From Phoronis australis (Eukaryota; Animalia; Phoronida), in NCBI GenBank assembly GCA_002633005.1, contig NMRA01000268.1, forward strand, positions 373,784 to 417,457: a stretch of 43,674 bases of DNA, given 5' to 3'. Shown piece by piece: positions 13,101 to 24,578 of the stretch. Positions within the stretch are counted from its first letter, which is position 1; the number at the start of each line of letters is the position of its first letter. The notes below the pieces were generated by a model that ran no database searches, had not been told where the DNA came from, and was given only the letters and a program-made list of their open reading frames with translations. Made by a program: the position numbers and the translations under genes.

Positions 13101-16100
13101 AGTTGTTTAAGAGGCAAGAGCTCGCAGGCACCTGCATTGAGCCCACTTCTAGTGTTACAACCAAATGGCCTCATTATAATCAAGTGAGGAAAGCCTTTCA
13201 GACAAATGCCTCGAATATACATCAACAGTGACCACAGCAGCCCAAGCAACCATTGTCATGAGAACATAAAACATGTCACCACAACCAGTTATTAAGGCTA
13301 CTAAGGTCACTCAGGCTCGTCATCGTGTCATCACCAAGGCTACTGAAGAGACGGGCAAATGTACCAATTGTAGTTCATCGACACAAAACCATGCTTTCCA
13401 TCATGATAGCTAAAACCCCTTCTGGGCAGCTGAACAGGTAGTCTTGACAACTCACCCTATCAGTCTCCTGCTGTATCCAGAACTCTTCAGACTTCTCTAG
13501 TTTCTCCTCCACAAACTTGCTCAGCAATGGCAACTCCTCCAGCCGTTTAGCTCGAGCAAAGTGATCCACCTTCAAAGACAACATCATTAGTCCATAGTGC
13601 CTACATTATCACTTAAAGCATTTGCCCTAATAATCGCTTATGCCCCTATAATAGTTTTCAAACTTTGCTAAAATAAGTGCCCAGTCCATGAACGCTGTGC
13701 ACATGCGAAAAATGCCTTACCTACAGTTTTATTTTAAAATTCTACAGTAACGTCTTCAACTGATCAATAAGATACGACAGTCCTGAAAAAATCATTGTGC
13801 GCAGAATTTGTAGACCACGAGCCTCGCCGCTATTTCGGTATCTAGTCATTACCATACCCTTCAAACTTCTGCACTAGGATTTTCTGAAAAATGCCCGTAA
13901 CCTATCAACAAAGTTCGACAGCAATGCACTGCAATTTTGTAGAAACTCAGGTTACAGATGCGTCAGAGCGTAAATTTGATGAAATCTAGCTGATGATTTC
14001 ACCTGTTTTGGAGACCGGGTTTCAATCATTTTTGGGCTATAAGCGCCCCCCCTTCCTGAAGCGAAAGTTTCTATAAAGCGCCCTGGGTGCTTATTAGGGC
14101 GAATACAGTATTCACCATGCAAGTGAAATACTGTTTTATAAACCCTAGTCAGTTATACTCCAACTCATGTTCATCATTGTGAACTCAGTACCCATGTAAC
14201 ATTACAGTGAATGCAACACATCATCTGCATACTTAACACAATTGTGTATACACCAGAATGACCCACAAATCATACTGTACCTGTCACAAGAACTCCCATC
14301 ATAACTGAGACTTTATGAGGCAAACAATGTGACATAATTAATTTATGCTCCCTTTGACGCCATGGAAATGAGCCACGTCTCCATGGTAACATTAAAAGCA
14401 AAGACTCCAGTACAACTAAGAGGACAAATACAGGCTTCCATGGTTATGCCGACATATGCATCAACAGTATACCTTCTTTTCCTGAGACTTGAGACGATCG
14501 TTGAGTTCTTTCTTTTCCTTCTCAAGCTGTTCCACTTGTTTGGCCAGAATTTCATCAGCATCAAGATCAGCAAGTTCCTAAAACCAAATCCAGACAATGA
14601 ACAGACGTCACACAGGATAACGAAGCAGTCTCATTAGTTAAATTACTCACTTTCAATAAAAAACAAAAATTACTTTCACCACAAAGCTTTGAGACATTCA
14701 CATGTTAACCTTACATTAACAAAAATAAAAAAGGAACACCGTTTTATACATTTGACAAAGACTAAAGATAGCCATAATGCCAATACAGCATAGCACTTCT
14801 AAAATTCAAACTAACGGGGTCATTTCAACCTCACTCACCTCTTCATCAATGTCTGCAAAGGCACGTGCACCAACCTCCGACTTCTTCAACTGTTCTAGTC
14901 TCTCTTTGGCATGCTTCCTCTGAATGTCACGATGCTCCTCCATACGGCGCTGCTTGGCACGCTCCTCTCGCTCTCGTGCCAGTCGCTTCTCCTCAGCGTC
15001 CTTCAACTTCCTCTCCTGCTCCATCTGCAGCTCCTGCTCTTCTTGTTCCTGTAACCATGACAACCAATGTTTAAATTTCAAAAATCTACGGTTCTGATTG
15101 GCAGCAACAGGCAACATTATTTCCATACTGCACACCAGCCAACACTGGTAACTTGCCTTATTCAAGGACTTGGATAATTTCTTCTGAAGACAAGAGAAAG
15201 TAACAATATTATTGCTATTTGCAGAACAAATATGACCCAAGAAAATATTAGTATTAGGTGCGGACTCACACACACGCCGATTTCAACAAGAGAAATATTG
15301 TGTACACTTCCACTAATACATGTAACTACCACCAAGACTAGGTCGTTATGCAAAACCGTAGCTTATCAACACAAAACACACACTCACATGCATAGCCTGT
15401 GTTGTGAACTGTTAAGTGGCTAACACATGACACATTTCCATCATCTCCATCAAAACAGTTTTTGACATCCGACCTTCAGCACCCACCTTCAAGAAACTCT
15501 TCTGCTCCAACTCTTCCTTACGGTCCTCAATAATCTGCCGTCTACTCAGAATCCTCTCATGGTCTTTATGGGCAGTCTGCCTGTAGGCCATGGCAATGCG
15601 CTTACGTAATTCTTCATCCTGATCCTGAAAGTCACAAGTCAAATACTTTTCTTAGTTTATAGTAATACAGGTAATCCCAGATTGAGACCACGGCTATACA
15701 CCAAGGGTCTTACTTATCTTTATACTCATAAGTATTGACGTGTTTCATTTTCCTTCAAAATGAACTTAAGACAAGTGTTTATTCTGTGTGCTCCAGTGTA
15801 CTGTGGTTCACGCAGCCAAGTGTCTAGTCCAAGTTAGCACTTGATGACCCCTAGTTTCGAGCTACAACTTGAGATTTATAATTTTTTTTCAGGTTCAAAC
15901 TGGAACCGATAGCTTTAATGCTGTGGTCATCAAGGACAACATAGGATTAAACAGCAATTCATGTAAACTGTAATGTACTCTAGCACAAAATAATCACACG
16001 TCTAAACTTAGTACAAACGTGGAATAGAAAATGTCAAAAATAATTTCAACTTTGAGTTCAAAGATTAGTGTCCAAATCCTGGACGTAAACTAAAATTGGA

Positions 16101-19100
16101 AACCTCCGTGTTCGAAGATGCACTGGATGTGAAAAGTTCACACAACATAACACAAGAGCAAAATAAACTTTGTGATATTTCCGACATAAAGATAATTTGC
16201 TGGCCGCAGCAAACTATGCCCTTTTCTATTATTGATTGCACAATCAAAGCTTCTCTAGATGTCAAAGAGAATTCGTTCTTCATTGGCACAGCCTGGTGAA
16301 TATGAAGTTGAGTATTCCATTAGTCTGAAATGTTTCAAACTTGATAGCCAAAGCAAAGGATTGCTTTCCATAGCAATTTTCTTCAAACCACTTCCCAACA
16401 CAAAAGAATGGGTAATGGTCGGATATAACGTGCCCAAATTCTGAGAACCAATTTTCTCCACTCAATGACTGGCATCAAACTGGTTTCTCAAAATACAGCG
16501 TTATATCCGATTATTGCCAAGGAATGAGCAACTTATATCCACTGCGGGGTACCACTGAAGAACACAAAATTTTTATTACTTAAAGACAGAAAACACAAAG
16601 CAGTTCAGTAACATAGGGACAATTACAGCATCATGAAACTAACCGCAAAGAACACAATTTTTGAAGTACCAATTTACAGTATCTCAAGGCAGTTGTAACT
16701 ATGTTCATGGAGCACTATATCACTGTTCATTTGAGTCTAGTGTACCTTTTCACTCCTGGGCTGTATCTTCTCAACAGCCTGCGCCAGGGCATTGCCCAAA
16801 CTACACAACTGAAGTCGGATCTGTTCACTGGGCATGTTCTGAATGGACGGACCTTCCTTCACGTCCTCACGCTGAGACACACACAGGTCAGTACCAAAGC
16901 TGAGAGACCTGGTACGATGGTCCACCCGCACCTAAAATAAATACATTATGTAAGGTTATGTAGGACCCTCGAAAAATGGCCAAATTTGGCAAACAATAGA
17001 ACATCGTATCTCAGATATCGATGCTCACATTCATATGAAACTTTCAGATAACATGCTTTATGTACTGTACACTAAAACCTTGCTAGGAATTGGTTATAAA
17101 ATTTTCCACTTTTGCATGAGGGGCTATCAAAAATAGGACTTTTATGATTTTTATGAAACAAACAACAGTTGCACAAAACGAAACAAAATAGCAAATTTAG
17201 AAAACTGTAAAAACGTTTTTGAGATGTCATCTTAAACATTAATATTAAACGGAATTTGGTCATGTATCGATGCTGTATTTTTGTTATAGATGTACCTTCC
17301 TTTTTTGTTACTTATACTGAAGACATGGTCATGTGATCCAGATTGGTATAAATTCAAAAATCAAATTCAACAGGGTTTTTACTTTCAGAAAATCTGTTCT
17401 TTTACCGAATTAGCATCTATAGTTTTGTTGATATTCGGCAAAACTCACAAACTTGTCGGTAAGATCCAACATAACCACAGTACTTAGCATAGCATAACAC
17501 AAAAGAGGCCATTAATACTTAGCGTAACATAAAACAATCCATTGCTTTGCATTCTCAGGCTACTTAAATAAATTCTCATGGAACAGACCATCCTAGCAAA
17601 TCCACCATTCGATAACCCTACTGAAAAACATAAGAGTTAATACACACGGCGAACTCTGCCTTTTAACCTACAATTCCCTCAGTAACATACCATACTAAAA
17701 CAACAATTTATACTTCTGGTTAACCAAATGCTAGATAGTACCTGCAGGTCGATGTTCCTAGCTGCCTGAACAATAATTTTCTCCAGCTCAAAGGCAGTTG
17801 CGAAGGGTGCCAGAGAGGCAAATCGCTGGAACTCAATAGTCATGTACACCTGGGACACCTGAAAAAGTAAGGGACTGCCAGAAAGGGTACCCGTGGTAAA
17901 TATGAATAACTGTTCAGTGAAAAATTTTTACACTACAGCACAGAAATGGATGTACAAACTGCCAGCACAGACTTCACATTTCTTACATCCAACAAACTTA
18001 AAATTAATTCAGCTTTGCTTCAGTAAGTCATAAATGTTCTGGTCAAGGAAATTATTAGTAGCTATGCCCGATGGAAGTAAGCCTTTCAGACAAATGCCTC
18101 GAATATGCATCAATAATAGTGACCACAACAACCTGAGCAACCATTGTCATGACAACAAAAAACATGCAATCACAACCAGTTACTAAGGCTGCCGAGGTCA
18201 CTCAGGCTCGTCATCGTGTCATCACCAAGGCAACAAAAACGAACATATCAGGCACTGACTTACTCCTGCAGAGCCGGTACACATGCGGCCAGTCTTCCAG
18301 ACTTTTTGTTCAAACACTTCACCCTCTTTACACACATCCACACAACATGGTGTTTGGACTAACCTGCTTCAACAGCCTAATCACAGTCAACTCCTGCAGC
18401 GCTGGTACATACATAGCCAGATCCTCAGTCTTCTCTACATATTTCATGCTCTCCTGCACACGCTCGGACAACTTGAGTGGGTGGAACTCCACCTCCAGCC
18501 ACCTGTAGAGATTCTGCAGGTCCACGGGTACGTACTGGATGATGTTGAACCTTGCAAGGTCCTTCACTAGACTGACCCTAGTAGGAGGGTTGGGGAGGCC
18601 GAGAAGGGTAGCCAGGCGGCGCTGCTTCTCAGCAAAGTTATTCTCAAGTAGTTGGTCAACGTTGTTTCGTGTTGGGGGTAGGGGAACCGCTAGAGTGGCA
18701 CACAAAACTCGAGAGGACAACCTGGAACAGATATCAACCTATTAATTGACAGATATTAATTAGCTAGTTAGCTAAGCAATTGCCACTAATCCTAACAAAA
18801 TTCTCTTGACATATGATAACAGTTAATGAGAACTGACTACTGATCTTGTTAACTTTGATTCAAGTAGTGTTTTGAAATGAATGTATCTACAAAACCATTC
18901 TCCAATTTTCTCTCAAAGTGTACACGTGTTTGTGAAAGTTTTTTATTGCTACTTTGTAACTGTCTGTTTAAAGTAATAGAATATTTTTTTAACATTTCTC
19001 AAATTTTGAGCACAAGCTAATGACAATCCGCACAAGCACATGTTGAAGTAATATCAGTGCCTACTTTTTCAACTCAGCCTGTGACATATTCTTCCTCTGC

Positions 19101-22100
19101 TCCATAGAAAGCTGGAACAGCTTGTGCCAGGCTGCAGCATGGAAGAGCTTATTGTTAGACTTGTAGAAGATGAGTCCAAACTTCTGGTAGTAGTTGGCCA
19201 TAATGGAAGGCTTGGGTGGCTTCTTGGAGATGTTGATCAGGTTATGCACATCCTCAACAGCCTTGAATGCCTCCTGAGGACAACCAAGAGATGTGTGCAT
19301 GTAAATGCTAGTTTCTAAAGATGCCTTTAACTTTTCAGTGTTCAACAATGGTTACAACGAACTATTCATTATAGAGCTATAATGCTAACACATTAGGTGA
19401 AACACCCTTGGATTTTCACATCCTATGTGAATCATATTTGTGTGCTTGCCAAAACGGGCACCAAGTCATTGATTATGAAATTGCCGGAGCATTTCAATAA
19501 TGATTTAACATTTAAATGATGATTGATTTTTAACTACTCAAACAAGTCCCATATGTATACTGAAGACAGGCAAGGCGTTTCAAGACAGACTACCCAATAT
19601 TAGCTAACTCCCGTTCACTTCACACTGTGCACTGGCCTAAAATAACTGTCCTACCATTCAAAATATGACCGATAAAAACATAAATGACAGCTCAATACAA
19701 TTCACAGAACATGTGACATTTCCAGCTTCCATGATTGGTGGAAGCCACAGTCCTGTCACATGACACCATACAAGAGGGAAAATGTTGGTGCCCTATGAAT
19801 CGCTGCACCACAAGAGTACAGTGAGCAGATGAACACCAACTTAATATATGCTCCCTTTGACGCCACACAAGTGTGAACACCACTGTATGGTAACATTAAG
19901 AGCAATATGATGAGCAACTGTCCAGCCGGGCATTATTTAACAACTGGCAACACGGGAAATCAGCTCCATAACTTGGCTCACAACCTACACAGTCAGATTT
20001 TAATTGCACGAGTTACGCTAAATGTTTCGTTGGCAGGACAAACATGGAATTACATCATTTGACAATCAATAGTGACCACAATATGTCCCAATGCAATAGT
20101 CATATTACCTAAGCAGCACCGAATAAGCCAATACAGAATACTTGTGGCCACTTACTTCAAATTCATTTCAACAAGCTTTCAACTTCCTGGGCTTGATTCA
20201 AGGTGAAAAGTTAGAAGCAAACACGTACTTTTGAGAGAAGATCAAACCTTTTGATATTGACATCGCCAATGACCCAAGCAAACCACACACTAAATCAACT
20301 GAAATACAAGGTGTAAGCTTACACACCTGCCAGAGGTCCATCTCTACAGCACTATCCAGCTGTACTAGTCTAGTCTCTAGATGCATAGCCTGACTCTCGG
20401 GGTTGTTCAGGTTGATAGCAGTCTGCTGGTTCTGATGTTTGTGGATGTGACTCAGGTGGGTACGCAGCTAAGAAGACACGTGCACAGTGGTTAAACATTT
20501 GTACTACTGAAAGTGTTTGAGCCTCCAGCCTCAACAGCAGTCAACACATCATGCAAATTCAAGATGTGCAAAATAGAACTATCATTCGAAAGTCTACGGA
20601 TTACAAACTGTAGACATGGAATACATAATTGCTGTAATGGAACCAGATCTATATGATTTCAGCTTCTTGCTCACTGTATTGTATGATTTGTCACGTTTGT
20701 AAATGCATTAAGAGTGAACATTAGCGCCACACACAGCAAATTAAGAGCTTTTAAGACAAAACAGATTTTGACAAAGTTTAATTACTCACATTATCGCACA
20801 ATTTTCTGAACTCTGTCTTCCGCGCATACTTCAAACAAAACTTGAAAGCTGTAAAACAAACTCAAATGTAACCAAGCCAACATTTTCAGGAAGAAATGAT
20901 CATGCACTCATCATTAACTAATGTCTAAACAAGAACAATGATTTCTTCAAAGACTTAACATCAAGAGAACTGGCACATTTTCTCTCAATTACAATTTACT
21001 TACCCAACTGAGCAATGTCTTGGTACAAGCGCTCCACACGGTTATTGTTGCGCAACAGATCCAAACACTGGCGATACGACTCCCACAAGAACTTAACCCA
21101 TGGGGTCAGTATTGCTCGGTCAGTGCGATCCTGAGTATCTTCACCACTCACAGCACTCAACAATATGCTGGACAAAAGACAAACACACCATTACAAGACT
21201 GCATGTTGAATAAGTTCAAGTGGACAATACTATCAAAATTCAATACGACAACTAGTTTCAATAAAGCGACTACACAGCAGTAGACATTCAAATGCACCAC
21301 GAAGACATATACCAACCAAATCTAGAAACTGCCTCTCAGACAAATGCCTCGTTTTGACATCAAGGTAAAGTCAGGCTCGTCATCTAATCATCACAAAGGC
21401 AGGCAATCTTACTTTGATAATTAACTGCGCAAGTGTTCCAGTGCTGTGGTGTTCGATCTCTGGACGACACGAGACGACACCAAATCCCCAGTCTAGGACA
21501 CATCTTCAAAACAGTTGACGGACATAAAATGATGAACACTTATGAACACTTGTTGAGATTGGTGATAAAAAGCGACTATTTGTGCCACCCTTGTAATCCT
21601 TTCCCTCGTCAATGGGGCTTCAGAACTAACCTCTCTGGGGTCTGCAATATGTCCAAGTCGTCCACATCAATCACTTGCTGTTGGGACTCCTGTCTGGCAT
21701 TCTCAGTCTGTTGCTCAGCTAAGTTCAAGTATTCTCTCACTACATCCTCCAGTGACTTGATGTTGACCTAGTCAAACAACAACACATGTCAGGGGATGAC
21801 GGAAATTATTTTTGGAAAGCAACAGAACAATGGACTAATGAAATCTCTCCCAAGCACAGTTTTAAGACTTGTCTACACACTCCGATTTATGTACATGACC
21901 CTTTACTGACATTGTACATGGCGACTCCAAATGCATAGAGTGGTACAAATGACCAATAGAACTCCAAGCTTTATTTCAATTGACAACTTGCTCGCAAAGT
22001 GCCCAGGGAACAATTATCTACATACAGTCGCAAGTGACAATTGATTATGTCGCATAAGACAGCAGACTGGCAAGTTGCCTACCACTGATGAATGTGTGTA

Positions 22101-24578
22101 ATTTTTCATTTTGGAACAAATGGCAGAAAGGTGGGATAAATAACTAGCAAAACTATGCTCATCACCAAACAACTTTTGATAATTCTATTCCACTTGCAGC
22201 AACATTGCAAGCTTCTGGAAATAACTGAGCAAGTAGTCTCAGGCTGAAACTATAAGGACTATTCATAACCACGATCAGGCTTCCATTCTATTCTTAATTG
22301 GTAGACTGAACACATCAATATTGACTTTAACTTATGAACAGGGAACAAATTTCATCTGAGGACAGTCTACTACAGTGAGTAGATAAAACATCATGACAGC
22401 ATACCTGTTGACAAATGTTCTTGTACTGATACAGGCCTTCCTTTGCAATGTGGCTTTTTCGTAGCTCCACGCACAGCGCCAGGTACTTTTTCATGATGGG
22501 CTCGTGAATTTTTTGCCATGTTCGATGTTTCTTACTCTTGATAACATCATAGAGGGCATCAAGTGCTCGTTGTTTCTTTCCCACCTCAATGAACTCTGCA
22601 ATGGAAAGTTATTGAGATTTTGCTTCATGTTCTGGTCTTCCTCAGGCAAATGACGTATATCGATGACCGAGAATGCAGTGCAAACTTCACGAGAAAAAAA
22701 AATGCGTCTAATGTTGGCTACATAATCAATGACTAGGCATGAAAGTAATTATGAAAGCCTCAAAATANAAAAAAGACTAAGTTAAATCGGGTGGCATTCG
22801 CCTTTAACTTATGAACAGGGAACAAATTTCATCTGAGGACAGTCTACTACAGTGAGTAGATAAAACATCATGACAGCATACCTGTTGACAAATGTTCTTG
22901 TACTGATACAGGCCTTCCTTTGCAATGTGGCTCTTTCGTAGCTCCACGCACAGCGCCAGGTACTTTTTCATGATGGGCTCGTGAATTTTTTGCCATGTTC
23001 GATGTTTCTTACTCTTGATAACATCATAGAGGGCATCAAGTGCTCGTTGTTTCTTTCCCACCTCAATGAACTCTGCAATGGAAAGTTATTGAGATTTTGC
23101 TTCATGTTCTGGTCTTCCTCAGGCAAATGACGTATATCGATGACCGAGAATGCAGTGCAAACTTCACGAGAAAAAAAATGCGTCTAATGTTGGCTACATA
23201 ATCAATGACTAGGCATGAAAGTAATTATGAAAGCCTCAAAATATTTTAACTTTTAACGGAATTCCACGATTATTAGGCGATTCGAGTGTTAAGCACTGTG
23301 CCGTGCATGGAAAAAATAGGTCAGCCAGTCTCCTCAGGGCTTGGAATGACCAATGACAAAAAACGCGGAAACTTTGAAACTTTTACGGCCCAAATCATGC
23401 CCGATAACCAGCCTCGAAATGGTGAACCTTTCCCCGACAAAAATCAGGAGGACTAAAAAAAAACGTTACCACCATCAGTAGCAAGCGTCTGCGTCCTTTT
23501 AGCTCGGCCGTCCACTCCCAATCCACACATTTTTCGCTGCAGAACAGTAGTATTTGTCGCCGCACTTAACAATAACACGAGACGCCATTGAAAATCCCAC
23601 CACGCTGTCCCAGATGCCCCGGCAATGTTGACAATTTACGTTCCTCTGAACCATAAAGAGCAACTTCCACTTTTCGAGGTGAACGTCGTCTGCAACGCCG
23701 CGGTAAGAAAGGAATTTGCCGCGGAAATTTTATATCAAATCGGATTTTTTTACGCGGAAATATTATAAAAAAAGTGGAAAGCACATTTGAAAAAAGCGGA
23801 AATCCGCGTTTCCACGGAAAATTCCAAGCCCTGTCTCCTGCACAACACCTGTTACTTCGCCTGTGAACCAAGCTGGGATTTGGTTCTTAAAACTGTGAGA
23901 AAAGAATGGTTCTGTTTAAGAATAAATTTATTGCAGTGTAGTATGAAAGATTGTGTTCGACTTTGGGCGTGGTAAGTGTTCAACAAAGTATCCATTTATA
24001 ATGCATTGCAGAAGATGCTAACAATACAACGTCCCAGGCAAAGCACTGGCAATGTGCCCGTGGCCTAATTCCTGGGTTGAATTCAGTCACGCTAGGACCT
24101 AGCTTAAAGCAAGACTTCGAGATTTTACATGAGATTTTACCAAGTAGTTTAAATGAGAACACATGATTTTGGCTAAATTTTAGCAAGGTCCTTACTCTTA
24201 GATCTATTACACTTCGATAAATCTTTGCCAACTTATCCAGGTTAGGCAGCAGACAGTAAAGAGAGTATTTCCTTACAACATATGGAGAATTTTCACTGAA
24301 TTAAGTTCCCAATGGCCAATTTGCCAATCCCAGACCATTGCCAGTGCAATTTGACACAAAGCACTCGGTGATAATACTGAGCGTCCAAATATGATAAATG
24401 GTTACAAAAATTCGAAAAGTCGATAACCCGTATTGCTACAGACAGTGCCACCAGCACTGACGTGAAGTCGTGAACACATGGATAATACACTGCCAAGAAA
24501 AATGTTAATTTCGTTCACAATGCACCTACCATCTGCTCGTTTAAGAGCATTTTCGGGTCTCTGGAAGTACGTCGGCAT
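7123..24578 (-). CDS. EIF3A: Eukaryotic translation initiation factor 3 subunit A, 23 coding exons, about 1154 aa
   Basis: ATG at 24578. N-terminus [51 protein letters not shown]; C-terminus [10 protein letters not shown]. Exons: 24530-24578, 22882-23072 (duplicate at 22405-22595), 21631-21767, 21004-21167, 20790-20848, 20327-20467, 19065-19273, 18364-18721, 17742-17858, 16746-16931, 15487-15624, 14839-15048, 14473-14577, 13456-13569, 12613-12735, 11756-11909, 11162-11339, 10744-10839, 9660-10100, 9335-9408, 8870-8939, 7886-7971, 7123-7187. All are GT-AG and sum to 3465 nt in frame. Confidence 0.96.
8137..8290 (-). ncRNA. SNORD15: U15/SNORD15-family copy with degenerate box C (possibly a snoRNA pseudogene)
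   Basis: Retains GATGACGAGTCTGA and GAGGCATTTGTCTGAAAGG at the long-form spacing. The box C position reads GTCGTTA and the terminal stem is weak. Confidence 0.7.
9690..10085 (-). repeat. Coding 39-bp (13-aa) tandem repeat in the EIF3A C-terminal region
   Basis: About 10 units of consensus [13 protein letters not shown] within exon 9660-10100. Confidence 0.9.
10363..10492 (-). ncRNA. SNORA17: Box H/ACA snoRNA, SNORA17-like
   Basis: Hairpin GCTCCTC...GAGGGGC, H box ACATTA, hairpin GATATTT...AAATATC, then ACA+3 nt. The 5' pocket strands GAGGCGTT / GTCATA pair with LSU rRNA UAUGAC-U-G-AACGCCUC, 15 nt from box H. Confidence 0.82.
12060..12555 (-). mobile_element. Diverged partial MITE family B copy, reverse orientation
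   Basis: Reverse complement contains GGAACATCGTGTC, GGGGTGTCAAAATAGGGTCTTT and AAGACATGATCA in the family order. Boundaries are approximate. Confidence 0.5.
13192..13341 (-). ncRNA. SNORD15: Box C/D snoRNA, U15/SNORD15 family, long form
   Basis: AGCCTT/AAGGCT stem, box C GTGATGA, D' guide GATGACGAG, internal hairpin, and D guide CGAGGCATTTG followed by CTGA. Close paralog of 18081-18231. Confidence 0.9.
13618..14108. mobile_element. MITE with degenerate TIRs (Tc1/mariner-like, TACYGTA-ended type)
   Basis: Left ATTTGCCCTAATAA versus right TTATTAGGGCGAATACAG-TA; non-coding interior. Confidence 0.55.
14273..14401 (-). ncRNA. SNORA13: Box H/ACA snoRNA, SNORA13-like (copy 1)
   Basis: 5' hairpin TGCTTTT...GGGAGCA with pocket ATGTT / GTCAAA matching 18S UUUGAC-U-C-AACA (the m1acp3-pseudouridine site). 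H box AAATTA, 3' hairpin TGTCACA...TGTGACA, then ACA+3 nt. Confidence 0.78.
16953..17476 (+). mobile_element. MITE family B (GGTTATG... termini, possibly Kolobok-like TTAA inserter)
   Basis: TIRs GGTTATGTAGGA / TCCAACATAACC. Collinear with 33169-33870 (GAACATCGTATCTCAG, GGGCTATCAAAAATA, AGACATGGTCA). Confidence 0.7.
18081..18231 (-). ncRNA. SNORD15: Box C/D snoRNA, U15/SNORD15 family, long (about 150 nt) form
   Basis: GCCTT...AAGGC terminal stem, box C GTGATGA, GATGACGAG-C-CTGA (D'), long internal hairpin closed by GTGACC/GGTCAC, and CGAGGCATTTGT-CTGA (D). Same architecture as vertebrate U15. Confidence 0.9.
19780..19905 (-). ncRNA. SNORA13: Box H/ACA snoRNA, SNORA13-like 5' hairpin with a different 3' hairpin (copy 2)
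   Basis: Same 5' hairpin pocket (TAATGTTACCA...TGGCGTCAAAGGGAGCA), H box ATATTA 14 nt from the pocket, 3' hairpin TGGTGTT...GGCACCA, then ACA+3 nt. Confidence 0.78.
19992..20063 (-). ncRNA. Candidate orphan box C/D snoRNA
   Basis: Minus strand GTCAA-ATGATGT(C-like)...AAAAT-CTGA(D)-C, 72 nt, short GTCA/TGAC terminal stem, intronic in a snoRNA host gene. No target recognised. Confidence 0.42.
21329..21402 (-). ncRNA. SNORD15: Box C/D snoRNA, U15/SNORD15 family, compact double-guide form
   Basis: Minus strand: CTGCCT-TT-GTGATGA(C)-TTAGATGACGAG-C-CTGA(D')-...-TTGATGT(C')-...-ACGAGGCATTTG-T-CTGA(D)-G-AGGCAG, with a terminal stem. Both guides are 12-nt complements of the conserved LSU rRNA segment CAAAUGCCUCGUCAUCUAA. 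Confidence 0.9.
22325..23243. repeat. 443-bp near-identical direct duplication including EIF3A exon 2, split by an N (likely assembly/haplotype artefact)
   Basis: 22325-22767 versus 22802-23243. The differences I saw are one synonymous SNP and one A in a homopolymer. A single N is at 22768. Confidence 0.9.
23335..23833 (-). mobile_element. MITE family A, copy 3
   Basis: Perfect TIRs CAGGGCTTGGAAT / ATTCCAAGCCCTG with 6-bp TSD TCTCCT, in EIF3A intron 1. Confidence 0.9.

Noticed and set aside
13201-13325. rRNA gene fragments (CAAATGCCTCG, CTCGTCATC)
   Set aside because: These are the + strand images of snoRNA antisense guides, not rDNA.
20886-20966. Possible C/D snoRNA (TTGATGT...ATGATGA...ATTTCTTCCTGA on minus)
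   Set aside because: It has only 8 nt of rRNA complementarity, the guide is self-paired by an internal inverted repeat, and the terminal stem is poor.
21910-22080. Hairpin GGCAACTTGC/GCAAGTTGTC followed by H-like and ACA motifs
   Set aside because: The second hairpin is weak and I recognised no target or family.
22405-22595. Mutually exclusive duplicated exon 2 of EIF3A
   Set aside because: The protein is identical, the intron flanks are near-identical and an N is adjacent, so an artefact is more likely.
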